Below, piece after piece: positions 43,910 to 54,727 of a stretch of DNA of 64,000 bases (position 1 is the stretch's first letter; every line of letters starts with the position of its first letter). The DNA comes from Candidatus Marinacidobacterales bacterium. Lineage in GTDB: Bacteria; Acidobacteriota; Vicinamibacteria; Marinacidobacterales; DATDRI01. The DNA is taken from contig CBDCNP010000002.1 in assembly GCA_965219415.1 (NCBI GenBank), positions 5,504,001-5,568,000 on the forward strand. The letters are read 5' to 3'. The notes beneath the pieces are model-generated. The model made no database searches and had not been told where the DNA came from. It saw only the letters and a list, made by a program, of their open reading frames with translations. The translations under genes were made by a program, and so were the position numbers.

Positions 43910-43988
43910 GAGCTGCGCGCCAATGGAGCGTAAGCGCTTTTTTCAAAGGGATGCGTACACATCACCAACAGTAAACAGCGCAAGCACT
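43910..43988. repeat. Partial MITE E
   Basis: Matches the right half of 6031-6195. Confidence 0.7.
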
Positions 43989-44145
43989 GCGGCCGGGCTG
44001 GATCCGGCGATCCGGGCAACCGACGCGTTCCCTTGCCTTGCTTCGACCTGAGTCGTATCCTCGTCACGGGTCGCAATCCAACGACGACGACGGACACCAT
44101 GCATAAAGCACTCGATCCTCTTTTCCCGGCTGCGGAGAGACCCCA

Positions 44146-46131
44146 GTGCCCGAGCGCGTTCTCGTTCTAGTCGGAAGCGAGCATCTTGGCAAGGATGAGC
44201 TCTCGTTTCTGGGTCGATGTGCGTCCCGCGGAGCCCGGGTGGTGGCTTGGCAACACCCTATCGTCGGACAGGATCGATTCCCGAGCCCTGACATCGCAAG
44301 GTACCTTCAGGCTTTGGGCATCGAGGCGACTCCACTGCCGGTTGCGCTGGGCGAGCCTGTCAACACGGAAGTAGAGGAAGCGGTCATCGCATGGATGAAG
44401 CGCCTCGGACGCACCCCACTCGGTCCTTCAGGCAGCTTTCGAAGCACCTTCCGGTATGGGGAACGCTCGCTCTGGTGGTGGGTGGAACTCTGGTTGTACT
44501 ACGACACCGAGCTTCGGCTCCACGTGAGGGACATCGAGGCTCTCGCTCGCCTTCTGGAACACGAGACTCCGGATCGCGTGGTGGTCGTGGGAGATGTCCG
44601 GCAGCTCGCTAAAGTGGTCCGCGATCTCGCAAAGAAAAGTGAGGTTCAATCCGCCGTACGGGCACTAGGACCGAGTCGGCCTCGCCCCAGCTTCAGCTTC
44701 TTGTCGGAACTCGCCAAACTGATCGGCGCGGGCGGGACGTCGTTGCTCTGTAAGCGCTCGGCGCCCACCGAGTCGAAGGGGCTCCGTGTCCTCTGTCTGA
44801 CGCACGCCTCGATGTGGCGGGAGAGGCGGGATCCAGAGACCAAAGCAACGGAAGCGGTCGAGATGTACTTCGACCAAATCATCCCGAGCCTCAGAGCGGA
44901 AGGTAACGCCTTGCGCATCGTCGGCGTGGGGCCGCCCGTACCGCTCAAGCACCGTACGTTTTCACGGAAACTTCGCGAGCTGGCGAAGCTCGACACGCGT
45001 GGTCTCCCCTACATCCCACTCGGGACCTACCTCACACCCAGAGTGGCTTTGAAAGCGGCGCAAGCTTACTTCCACTCCTGGAGGTGCCTGCGTCGTTTCG
45101 AGCGCCTGCCCGATCTCAAGAACGCTTTCTCTCATCGCGGAATCGAGCTGACGAGCGTTGGAAGCGCGGCAATGCGTGACGCCTTCTTGCGCCTCGTGCC
45201 GTGGGCGTTGCGTTCCTTCGAGCAGGTCCGGGCTATGCTGGAGGTCGAGAGACCGAACATCATCGTCCTTTACGCCGAGTCGACCGCCCTTGGACGGGCG
45301 GTGGTGGCCGCCGCTTCCGATGCAGGTGTTCCATCCCTTGCTATTCAGCACGGCATCATGTATCCGCGCTACTACTCCCACGAGCACGCTTCTGACGAAG
45401 TAAGGGCGTCGTATGGCGGGACCGACTCTGTACCATTGCCGGATCGTACGGCCGTCTTCGGTCGCATGGCCCGAGACGTGCTGATCGAGCGGGGGCACTA
45501 TCCGCCAGAAAAGATCGTCATCACCGGAAGTCCGAAGTTCGACGTTCTGCTCCGAGCCGGGCGCACTTTGAGGCGTGAGGAAGTCCGCGCACGACTGGGG
45601 CTCGACGCCACCGCGAAAATGCTCATCGTCGCATCCCGTTTTTCATCGATCGGACCCGTGTTCGGAGATCTCCTCAGGGCGGCGAAAGGGGTGCCCGGAC
45701 TCTGGCTGCTGGTGAAACCTCATCAAGCGGAAGGCAGGGAGTCCTATCGGAAGATCGCGGAGCAGGAGGCCTCGTCTCGGGTCCGCGTTCTCTCCTCCTC
45801 CGCGAACCTCCTAGAGCTCATCGTGGCATCGGATGGGCTGATTACCGTGGACTCTTTTGCTTCCTCCGAAGCACTCATCCTTGGCCGGCCGGTTCTCATC
45901 GTCAACCTACCCAACAACCTCGAGATGCTCGTGGACAAAGAGCTGGCCAAAGGCGTTTACCGGGGCCAGGACATGACCACACCCATCCGCCAGCTTCTAG
46001 ACCCAAACGAGCTCGCGAAACTGAAGGTGAGGCTCGGTCGGCTTCGGGATGAGTTTGCTTACGGAGCGGATGGCGGCTCGACAGAGAGAATCCTCCAGGC
46101 GGTCTATGCGGTAGCGAGTCGAAAGCGTTAA
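44146..46131 (+). CDS. GT-B fold surface polysaccharide protein (CDP-glycerol glycerophosphotransferase / epimerase-like C-terminus)
   Basis: AIQHG, ITGSPKFD, VKPHQAE, SDGLITVDS..SEALILGRPV motifs. Confidence 0.6.
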   Translation: MPERVLVLVGSEHLGKDELSFLGRCASRGARVVAWQHPIVGQDRFPSPDIARYLQALGIEATPLPVALGEPVNTEVEEAVIAWMKRLGRTPLGPSGSFRSTFRYGERSLWWWVELWLYYDTELRLHVRDIEALARLLEHETPDRVVVVGDVRQLAKVVRDLAKKSEVQSAVRALGPSRPRPSFSFLSELAKLIGAGGTSLLCKRSAPTESKGLRVLCLTHASMWRERRDPETKATEAVEMYFDQIIPSLRAEGNALRIVGVGPPVPLKHRTFSRKLRELAKLDTRGLPYIPLGTYLTPRVALKAAQAYFHSWRCLRRFERLPDLKNAFSHRGIELTSVGSAAMRDAFLRLVPWALRSFEQVRAMLEVERPNIIVLYAESTALGRAVVAAASDAGVPSLAIQHGIMYPRYYSHEHASDEVRASYGGTDSVPLPDRTAVFGRMARDVLIERGHYPPEKIVITGSPKFDVLLRAGRTLRREEVRARLGLDATAKMLIVASRFSSIGPVFGDLLRAAKGVPGLWLLVKPHQAEGRESYRKIAEQEASSRVRVLSSSANLLELIVASDGLITVDSFASSEALILGRPVLIVNLPNNLEMLVDKELAKGVYRGQDMTTPIRQLLDPNELAKLKVRLGRLRDEFAYGADGGSTERILQAVYAVASRKR

Positions 46132-46140
46132 TAAAGCACC

Positions 46141-47568
46141 CGTCCTGTGCCAAAACTCGGCCCTTTTGAAATAGGCCATAAATCAGCAACTTAGTGTCTG
46201 TGTTTGCGACCGGGCCAAGGGCCGTGGGCTTTACAATCGTCTTGGGCGGGCGGGTCGTCACCATGCAGATGACCTCCTAGTCGAGAGCGAATATCGAAGC
46301 GTGTTCCTGAAGCGGTTTCCACGCTACGCCGGTCGAGCCCGCCGAGGGGCTACCGTCGCCGGCGACCATCTACGCGGCACGGCAGTAGTAGTTGAGAATG
46401 CCCCCAAGTCGCTCTCGCGACACGATGGGGCTAGTGTCATTCGCGCTTGCCGGCAGAGGTGTGAGGAGCTCGTTGCCGAGACCTTGGTGGTTCCGTTCTG
46501 TGTGATAGTGCACTACGTATTCGGTTACCGCTGTGCGCAGGTATCGCTCACTGAGAGGTACGAAGCGGTCGAGACACTCTCGACGTATGGAGAGAACGAA
46601 TCTTTCCGCATATGCGTTCAGATTCGGACTATTAGCGGGAAGGCGAAGGGGCTTCACGCCTGAATCTCTCAACAGCCCACGTACCGCCTCGGTGAATAGC
46701 GGGTCCCGGTCGTGGATGAGGTATCGCTTGCCAAGGAGGAAACCATCCCACAGGTCAGTGAGGTTTCTTGCCACCTGCTTCATCCACTCCCCGTTTGGGT
46801 CCGACGTTATCCCACCGATGCACACGCAGCGAGTGGCGATATCGATGACAAACAGGACATGGTAGCGGACGAGCCCGAACGGGTTCACCACCTCGACGGG
46901 GAACAGGTCTGTCGCAGCGATGGCGCCCCAATGAGCCTTGATGAAGGTGCTCCACGACATGCTCCTGCCCCGCTCCGGCGCAGGAGCGATACCGTGGTCG
47001 GCGAGGATCCTCTTGATAGTGTTGCGTCCGAGTTCATGTCCTAGGTTCTTGAGTGCGCCTCGCAGGCGCGTATATCCCCACGTCGGGTTCTCCTGCGCCA
47101 CGCGCACAATGAGCTCACGGATGTCCTTCGCCGTCGGAGGTCGGCCTGGACTCCGGTTCTTGCTGCCATCGTACTTGGCTGCGATGAGGTGACGGTACCA
47201 GCGCACAAGCGTAGCGGGTGTGGCAACGGACGCAATCTGGGCCAGCGCCTCGCGGCCCAAAGCCTGGGCCTTGACCGCGAGCCTGCGCCGCTCGTCGTCC
47301 GAGAGACTGAGACGCTTGCCCCGAAGCCCGGCTCGGAGCACACGGTTCTCCTCTTGCAGGTAGTCGATCACATCCTGCTGCTGGCGGTTGACCCCGCCAG
47401 CTAGAACGAGCAGTAGGAATTGCACGTGGTACGTCATCATGGATCTGAAGATAACACCCTCGGGCCAGACGATTGTAAAGCCTACGGCCCTTGGCCCCGG
47501 CGCAAACACAGACACTAAGCTGCTGATTTATGGCCTATTTCAAAAGGGCCGAGTTTTGGCACAGGACG
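46141..47568 (-). mobile_element. Apparently complete rve element, A subfamily, with ~100-bp inverted repeats
   Basis: 46141-46241 is the imperfect reverse complement of 47468-47568; no TSD. Confidence 0.8.
46370..47440 (-). CDS. HTH plus rve/DDE integrase (intact)
   Basis: MMTYHVQ start; AATDLF / IHDRD / YAERFV; C-terminus [15 protein letters not shown]. Confidence 0.88.
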   Translation of the reverse strand: MMTYHVQFLLLVLAGGVNRQQQDVIDYLQEENRVLRAGLRGKRLSLSDDERRRLAVKAQALGREALAQIASVATPATLVRWYRHLIAAKYDGSKNRSPGRPPTAKDIRELIVRVAQENPTWGYTRLRGALKNLGHELGRNTIKRILADHGIAPAPERGRSMSWSTFIKAHWGAIAATDLFPVEVVNPFGLVRYHVLFVIDIATRCVCIGGITSDPNGEWMKQVARNLTDLWDGFLLGKRYLIHDRDPLFTEAVRGLLRDSGVKPLRLPANSPNLNAYAERFVLSIRRECLDRFVPLSERYLRTAVTEYVVHYHTERNHQGLGNELLTPLPASANDTSPIVSRERLGGILNYYCRAA

Positions 47569-47657
47569 GGGACAGCACGAGCGTCGTTACTTTCGACACC
47601 CTGAAAGCCAGCCGAAAACTCAAGGCTCGCTCGTCGTCCGTGAGACAAAGCTTCCTC

Positions 47658-48916
47658 TGGGCTTGATCCAGTTTCGTGGACACTTTCTGAAAGGCGGATA
47701 CGATGTCCACAATGGCAAAGACAACGCAGCCCCGGCGACCCCGCCGGGAGTTTGATGACGAGTTTAAGGCAGGCGCGGTCCGGCTGGTGCTTGATGAGGG
47801 CCAGAGCGTGGGTCGGGTGGCCCGGGAGCTTGACCTCACCGAATCGGCGTTTCGCAACTGGGTCCGTCAGGCCCGGGCCGATCGGACGAAGGGCCGGACG
47901 GGCTTGACGGGCGTGGAACGCGAGGAGCTTCGGCGGCTCCGCAAAGAGAATCGGCGGTTGCGGGTGGAGCGCGACGTTTTAAAAAAAGCCGCGGCCTTCT
48001 TCGCGAAGGAGAGCGAGTAAGATTCGCGTTCATCCAGGCGGAGAAGGCCACCGTACCGGTCGTTCACCTGTGTCAGATTCTCAACGTCTCTCGGAGTGGC
48101 TTTTATGCCTGGGTACGTCGGCCGCCGTCGGCCCACGCGCGCCGGGACCGCCAGTTGCGCGTGTTGATTCGTGCCTCCCATGAGGCGAGTCGCCGCACCT
48201 ATGGGAGTCCGCGGATTTATCACGACCTGCACGAGCAGGGGTATCGAGTGAGTCGGGAAGCGGGTGATTCGGTTGAAACAGGCAGAAGGCCTCATTGCTC
48301 GAGTACGCAAACGCCTTCAAGCGCACGACGGTAAGCGGTCATGGCCAGCCCGTCGCGGCCAATGTGCTCGGGCAAGACTTCGTCGCCGATGCGCCGAACC
48401 AACGGTGGGTCGGGGACACGACCGAGTTCGTGATCGGCAGCGGCGGGAAGCTTTATCTCGCGGCGCTCCTCGACCTCTACTCGCGATTCCTCGTTGGGTG
48501 GGCCGTAAGTGCTATTAACGACCGTCACCTGGTTATCAAGGCGTTGCGGATGGCACTGAAACGTCGCCAACCGGCCGCGGGGCTCTTGCATCACTCCGAT
48601 CAGGGCAGTCCGTATGCCAGCAAAGACTACCAACGTCTCCTTGAGACGCATGGCATGACCGGGAGCATGAGCCGACGGGGCAACTGCTACGACAACGCCG
48701 TCATCGAGAGCTGGTTCTCCACGGTCAAGCACGAGCTTGGGGAGCATTTCCTCAGTTGCGGCGAGGCCAAGATGGCCCTCTTCGACTTCATCGAGGTATT
48801 CTACAACCAGAGACGACGACACTCGACCCTCGGCCAGGTCAGTCCGGCCGAGTTTGAACGACGGATGAGGACTTCGCCAGCTTAACTAAACCGTCTACGA
48901 AACCGGATCAAGCCCA
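47658..48916 (+). mobile_element. IS3 type 4 (orfA 47703-48020; orfB frameshifted, ends 48885)
   Basis: TIR TGGGCTTGATCCAGTTTCGTGGAC / GTCTACGAAACCGGATCAAGCCCA; HSDQG, DNAVIESWF. Confidence 0.92.
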
Positions 48917-48926
48917 GTGGTCTACC

Positions 48927-50480
48927 TTAAAGCGTTGCGATGAGGGCGCGCTGTTTCTCCCAATCGTCGGGGAGTGGATGATGCAAGAGGTAGCTCGAGG
49001 TCAGCCCAACGGGCTGGCGGCCGTCGACAATGGTGCGGACGATGTCGGGCGCCAGAAAGGCATAACGGATTGCCTTGCGCACGCGGGCCTTTGGGATGGC
49101 GTCTTCGGTGGCAATCTCCTCATAGGTTTTGCCCGCTTTGATTCGGTCGAGCCAGGAGAGGGCATTGGCGATATTGCGCAGGAGGGTGCGGTCAACGGAT
49201 TTCGTGGGGTTGCCCAGAACGAGCTTGGTCTCGACGCCGCGTCGACGCAAGCGGAACGGCGCGTGGATGCGGAGTGCGTCCTCGCGAATGCGATCTGGCT
49301 CCATAGACAGGCAAGCAGCGAACGCATCTCGGTCGAGCAGGATGGACACAGAGCCGGGGCTGATATCGACCCGCCGGATGAAACGGAGCAGGCTGGCTGC
49401 CAAGGCACTATCATCATCATCATCACTATTGCTACCTGGACACAGCCCGTCTAGAACGTGACGCACCGAGGCGAGTTCCTGTATCGTCGGAGTGTGGATC
49501 AGCGAGGCCGAGAAGGTCGGTGCCCCCACATGCTGTTGGACGAGATGTACGACGGTCCGTTCCAGCGTGGGTGCGGGCAGACGCCAACCGGAGAGGTCCT
49601 TGTTGCCACTGTGCTGGATGAGGCGCCGGGAGACGTAGTACCGGAACCGTTGCCCGCTCTTCTTTTTCGTATGGCTCGGCGTCAGCCGGTCCCTGGTCTC
49701 ATCGAAGAGCTTGCCGGCGAGAGGGGAGGGAGCTGCAAGGCCCTTGGTCGTGCGTTTCCTCGGTTTGGTAGCCCCTGTCTGCAGCTGCGTCTGGACCGCG
49801 CTCCAGAGCTCGGGAGCGATGATCGGTGGATGCTGGCCCGGGTAGACACGCCTCTGGTGCCGGATGCGGCCGGCGTAGAGCGGATTGGTCAGCAGGCAGT
49901 GGAGGTGCCCGCGGCGGAACGGTAGACCGCCTGTCCGCGTTCCATCAGCGGCAAGCCGTTGCTTGGTTCGCAGTCCCAGACGATCCGCTTCGGCCTTCAC
50001 CTGCCGGAGCGTTCCGTGCTTTCGGTACAGCGCATAGAGAGTCTGGACCGTTTCGGCCTCAGCCTCGTTGATGCGCAGCGTGCGCCCGTCCTGCTCGTAG
50101 CCGAGCGGTACATGGCCGCCCATCCATAGTCCCTTGCGCTTGGAGGCAGCAACCTTATCGCGGATCCGCTCAGCCGTTCGACGAGCTTCGCAAAGTCGGA
50201 GAGGGAACGGGTCAGCCGGTCGACCTTGTAGACCACCACCTGCTCGACGAGACCGGCATCGATGTCGGCGAGCAAGCGCTGCAGGCCCGGGCGCTCCAGG
50301 GTTCCTCCCGAGATCCCCGCGTCCTCGTAGACAGTTGGCAGCAGCACCCAGTCCTCTGCCTTGTGGCTCGCGACATATGCGGTGCAGGCCTCCCGCTGTG
50401 CATCGAGGGGAGTTGAAATCCTGTTCGAGACCCTCTTCAGCGCTCTTTCGGGTATAGATGGCGCAGCAGATTTTCGTCAT
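48927..50480 (-). pseudogene. Large serine recombinase, frameshifted and internally deleted
   Basis: CAIYTRKS, D.GISGGTLERPGLQ, YKVDRLTRS across frames; ERIRDKVAASKRKGLWMGG; recombinase domain. Confidence 0.85.
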
Positions 50481-50481
50481 G

Positions 50482-50913
50482 TCAGGCCTTGCGCTTGGGC
50501 GTCAGACCGAAAAAGCGTGGTCCTGACCAGTGTGTGCCGGTGATTCGCTTTGTGATGGTGGTGAGGGACGGGTAGGTTTTGCCGTCGAACCGATAGCCGT
50601 TATCGAGTACCTCGACCTGGTAGGTGCGGCCATTCCACTCGCGGACGAGATGGGTGCCGGGAGAAACGGACCCTGCGGAAGGGGCGGGGCTTGGTGTGCC
50701 GTTCGCCATGGCGGCCAGGGTGCGCCGGGTTGCGGCCGAATGCCCGCCATAGGTCCGGCACTGGCGTTCGTACGCAAGAACACGGCGCAGGAGAGCGCGT
50801 GAGAGCGAGCTTGGCGGAGCAGCCCCGAAGGTCTGCTCCCAGGCCCGCCGCAGGCTAGGGAGGTTCAAACCGTCCAGAACGACCCTCCGGCCAACTCTTG
50901 TATCCTTCGGCAT
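50482..50913 (-). CDS. DUF2924 domain protein
   Basis: PGTHLVREWNG..Y.V..GYRFDGKTY.SL..I...ITGT.WSGPRFFGL; directly upstream of the recombinase. Confidence 0.85.
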   Translation of the reverse strand: MPKDTRVGRRVVLDGLNLPSLRRAWEQTFGAAPPSSLSRALLRRVLAYERQCRTYGGHSAATRRTLAAMANGTPSPAPSAGSVSPGTHLVREWNGRTYQVEVLDNGYRFDGKTYPSLTTITKRITGTHWSGPRFFGLTPKRKA

Positions 50914-50979
50914 CACCGAACGTTCGCTCTTTCGCCAGGTAAAGTCCAGTCCAATGGGGACTTCCGGGGTGCGCAGGTC

Positions 50980-51180
50980 GCTGCCTGCAGCTCGCCCCAC
51001 AGCCGATTTGAGCCAGCCGTGCGCACCACCCCCGGTGGGCCTGTCGCCCGCCACCCGCAGCCCAGGGGTCGGAAGCCAGCCCTGCGGCTCGAAATACCCC
51101 GGATTCTTCGCGGATTCCAAGGGCGTCTAAGCTGCTGATTTGTGGTCTATTTCAAAAGGGCCGAGTTTTGGCACAGGACG
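50980..51180 (+). repeat. G-F-A module (~200 bp)
   Basis: Inverted near-copy at 54012-54206. Confidence 0.75.
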
Positions 51181-51565
51181 GGGGCAACATTTCCGATCGG
51201 CTCCAAGAGTCGTTGCGTGTTGTACCAATGCACCCACTTGAGGGTGGCGAACTCGACGTCCTCAGGACCACGCCAGGGCCCGCGTCGACGGGTCACCTCT
51301 GTCTTGTAGAGGCCGATGATGGATTCAGCCAAAGCGTTATCGTAAGAGTCGCCTCGGCTGCCGACGGACGGCTCAATGCCCGCCTCGGCGAGCCGCTCGG
51401 TGTAACGGATCGAGACGTACTGCACGCCGCGATCGCTGTGATGCACCAACGAATGTTCTGGGTTTAGTCGGCGCTCGTGCAGCGCCTGCTCCAACGCATC
51501 GAGAGCGATGCCGGCAGTCAACGATGTTGTCGCTCGCCAACCGACGATGAGTCGAGCGAAGACGT
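51181..51565 (-). pseudogene. IS3 type 3 orfB fragment
   Basis: [19 protein letters not shown]. Confidence 0.8.
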
Positions 51566-51621
51566 CGAAGACGTCGAAGACGAAGGCGAGGAGGCGCGCC
51601 AGTCCGCATTCCAGGGATTGA

Positions 51622-52302
51622 CTATCCTGCTTGTGACGACAGCAGCCTCAGGGGAGCGGGATCGCATTTCACATCTCGCGTCGCGACGATCGGTCCTTGG
51701 CGACTCCATCCATTTAGTTCGATGACGATCGTGCGCCCACTCGGGTTGCTGGGACGGAGCTTCCTGGAAAGAAGGCCTCCGAAACGACCATCGTGCGTAG
51801 ACACAAAGAGCTGCCTCCGATCCTTGGTGCGCCGGAGGAGATCGACCAATCCTAGCAAATGGATGTCATCGAAGCTCTGCAACGGATCATCCAGTATCGC
51901 GGCCGACAGTGGTAACTTCGGGACTCCGATGTTCAGCGTAAGAAAGACTGAGACTGCAAGAGCATTCATTTGCGAACTGGATAAGACAGCCGCAGGAAAG
52001 TCGCACTCTTTCTCCGCAAGCGGATCTTTTACGACAGTGTGCAGCTCCCCTTTGCCTCTAACAACTTGAGAGAGTAACGTGACGAAACCAAACGACGGGT
52101 GCGGGTCGATCCTCGCGTAGATGCTTTGGAGCAATGGGCCGATTTCGCCAAGCCGCTCCTTCACGACTGCTGACGCTGCCTCGCGCAATGCCTCGATGAT
52201 ATTCTGCGCGCGCTCTCCCGTCTGATCTCGAGCTGAGATAAACTTCTCGCAGTCGGCCTTCTCGCGCCTGAGCGTCTCCGCCTCGATTCGGATTAGGAGT
52301 GT
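51622..52302 (-). pseudogene. C-terminal part of an SMC/Rad50-like ABC ATPase
   Basis: LSSSQ signature, ILDDP Walker B, STHD H-loop; no Walker A in the window. Confidence 0.75.
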
Positions 52303-52402
52303 CTACGCTTGGTTGGCAATAGGAGCTATCGCAGAGCCAGTGCCGCGTCGGCTGGTCTCTGCAAATTTCGAGAACGCCTCCAGGATTCGAGCTTTCGGGC
52401 TC

Positions 52403-52547
52403 CGTTCGTGTTTTTGGACACGACGGCGTCGAACTCGACGTACTATTTGCACCATACGAGCTTTGCACCTCGGTCTAGCTCACCGGCGTACACTTAAGCT
52501 GTTGATTTATGGTCCATTTCAAAAGCGCCGAGTTTTGGCACAGGACG
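52403..52547. repeat. Cluster of B, CATACG-type and A termini
   Basis: TTTTTGGACACGACG; TTTGCACCATACG; TTTTGGCACAGGACG. Confidence 0.7.
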
Positions 52548-52695
52548 CCATCATAGGCAGATCTCGCGCTCAACCAAGAGCGGTGCAACAACGCCGCTCC
52601 CTGGAAAGGATGCCGATGCTCGTTTGTCGGGCCCGTTTCGACCGGAATATTCCGGACTCGCGACGATCTCGGAGCGGCCGTACTATAAAGGCAGG

Positions 52696-53301
52696 ATGGC
52701 CGAGGAGCCGATGGAACGCGTCGCCCGGTTCTTGGACCGGGGACAATTCGGTGACGCGCTGCGGTCCGCGGAAGAAGCGGTCGGTAGGGTGCCGGAAAGC
52801 GCGCGGTCTCACTACGCGCTCGGCCTCGTCCTCACTCAGTTAGACCGTATTCCCGAAGCCGATCGCTCTTTTGCTCGCGCCGCTGAGCTCGACCCGGAGT
52901 ACGTCCTTCCTTGTCGCCTGGAGCGTTCAGAGTTCGAGAGTGTGGTGGAAGGGGTCTTGGCGTCGTTGCCGACCGAGTTCGCAAGCTATCTGCAGAACGT
53001 GGAGGTCGCGGTGGAGGCGGTGCCGGGTCGAGACATTCTTCAAGAGGCAGACATCGAGCACGACCTCCTCGGCTTCTATCAAGGCGAGACGATTCAGAAT
53101 AGTGAGTGGGGTCTTCCCGGCCGGATTGTCCTTTATCAGAGAAACTTGGAGAATATCTCGTCCGATCGCGTGAGCCTGATCAGAGAAGTTCGGGACACCG
53201 TCTTGCACGAGGTGGGCCACCACCTCGGGATGGAGGAGGATCAGCTCGAGGAAATCGAAAAGGAGTTCGATGAACTGGATGATAAGGGATCGAGCTCTTA
53301 A
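52696..53301 (+). CDS. TPR plus zincin-like metallopeptidase
   Basis: TPR (HYALGLVL..A..LDPE); LLGFYQG, RIVLYQRN, VLHEVGHHLG (HExxH). Confidence 0.88.
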   Translation: MAEEPMERVARFLDRGQFGDALRSAEEAVGRVPESARSHYALGLVLTQLDRIPEADRSFARAAELDPEYVLPCRLERSEFESVVEGVLASLPTEFASYLQNVEVAVEAVPGRDILQEADIEHDLLGFYQGETIQNSEWGLPGRIVLYQRNLENISSDRVSLIREVRDTVLHEVGHHLGMEEDQLEEIEKEFDELDDKGSSS

Positions 53302-53316
53302 TCACTATTGACCTCC

Positions 53317-53446
53317 CGTCGTGTCCAAAAATACAAACGACAAACGAACTCAAGACCCTTATGCCGCGTTGGCCCGGTCGCAAACACAGACACTAAGCTG
53401 CTGATTTATGGGCTATTTCAAAAGGGCTGAGTTCTGGCACACGACG
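53317..53446. repeat. Intact B-A MITE (~130 bp)
   Basis: CGTCGTGTCCAAAA ... TTCTGGCACACGACG. Confidence 0.8.
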
Positions 53447-53740
53447 GGGAACCATTTCATCGAAGTCTGCCTCGATGAATCCGACGATGTATGGTTCGTG
53501 CTGCACTCGGGCTCGCGTGGTGTGGGCAATCGCACCGGCATGCACTTCATTGAGCTGGCGCAGAAGGACATGGGCCGACACCTTCAAAACCTGCCCGACA
53601 AGGATCTCGCGTACTTCGAGGAAGGCAGCGAGCACTTCGACGACTATTGGTTCGCCGTCGATTGGGCCCAGCGCTACGCGGCGACGAATCGTCGACTGAT
53701 GATGGAGGCGGTCGTCGAGGCGGTTCACGATACCGGCCTG
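53444..53740 (+). pseudogene. rtcB: RtcB RNA ligase, middle fragment
   Basis: GNHFIEV..LHSGSRGVG..WAQ.YA..NR. Confidence 0.85.
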
Positions 53741-53744
53741 CATA

Positions 53745-53960
53745 GGCTCGTCCCTCACAATCGGCTTCGCTGTAGGCGACTCGGCTGATACCGTCCTCGG
53801 CGGTCCGGCCGAAGCGTGACAGCTCGCTGAGCCGGCGGTTCACGCGATCGCCGTTGATGTTGAGGCGAAGGCGTTCTCTGGGATGTTGGACCGGACGCGG
53901 AGAGACGGGAAGCGAAAGCGCGCAAGCTCCGAGACTCAGTAAGAACTCCCGACGCTCCAT
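53745..53960 (-). pseudogene. N-terminal fragment of a Tat-exported M20 amidohydrolase
   Basis: MERREFL Tat-like signal; INGDRV..RL.ELSRFG..GISRVAYSEAD..GR. Confidence 0.65.
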
Positions 53961-54011
53961 AGGCAGGAGTGTAGCCGAAACTTGCGCGCTGTGGTCGCTG
54001 CGAGCTGTCCC

Positions 54012-54206
54012 CGTCCTGTGCCAAAACTCGGCCCTTTTGAAATAGATCGCAAATCAGCAGCTTAGACGCCCTTGGAATCCGCGCAGAATCCAGGGTATTT
54101 CGCGCCGTAGGGCTGGCTTCCGACCCTTGGGCTGCGGGTGGCGGGCGACAGGCCCACCGGGGGTGCACACGGCTGGCTCAAATCGGCTGCGGGGCGAGCT
54201 GCAGGC
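54012..54206 (-). repeat. G-F-A module (inverted)
   Basis: Matches 50980-51180. Confidence 0.75.
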
Positions 54207-54304
54207 AACGAACTGTGCGCCCGGAAGGAATGCGTATCCGACCGCGATGCCGGATTCAAGCAGCCCTTGGAAAGGTGCAAACTGCTGACCCGCTGGGCGT
54301 TCGA

Positions 54305-54650
54305 GTATTTTGACCAGACGCCGGCGTCGGCTCTACTCAGGGGTAGTAGAGGTGTAATCTGGTGCGAAGTCCGGCAGCCGTTCCGAGCAGATCGGACTCA
54401 AGCAGCGCGTCGAGTGTAATGATAATGGAGACCACCGACCTTTGGAATGGCACTCACTTTGCCCATTGCTGGCGACTCTACGCGGCGAGGCTCGGGCGCG
54501 TCCTTCTCAAGCGACAAATGAGTCCGGCACGAATGATAGTAGTCGACGTATTTGCGTAGGATTCGCCTCAGGTGCTGCTCGTCGAGGACGATCACATGGT
54601 CAAGACACTCACGTCGAATGGAGCCGATCATCCTTTCGACTAATGGATTC
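54305..54650 (-). pseudogene. rve integrase 3' fragment
   Basis: [36 protein letters not shown]. Confidence 0.75.
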
Positions 54651-54727
54651 TGTCACGGGGAGCGCGGTGCGGTAAGGACTGCTCGTCGTGCCGAAGCGTC
54701 GGGAAGGACGGCTTGCTGTCGGAGGAA

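Noticed and set aside
49409-49426. (ATC)5 microsatellite as a phase-variation tract
   Set aside because: In-frame poly-Asp codons inside an already broken recombinase
51558-51585. GAAGACGTC tandem repeat
   Set aside because: Local slippage at the edge of an IS3 fragment
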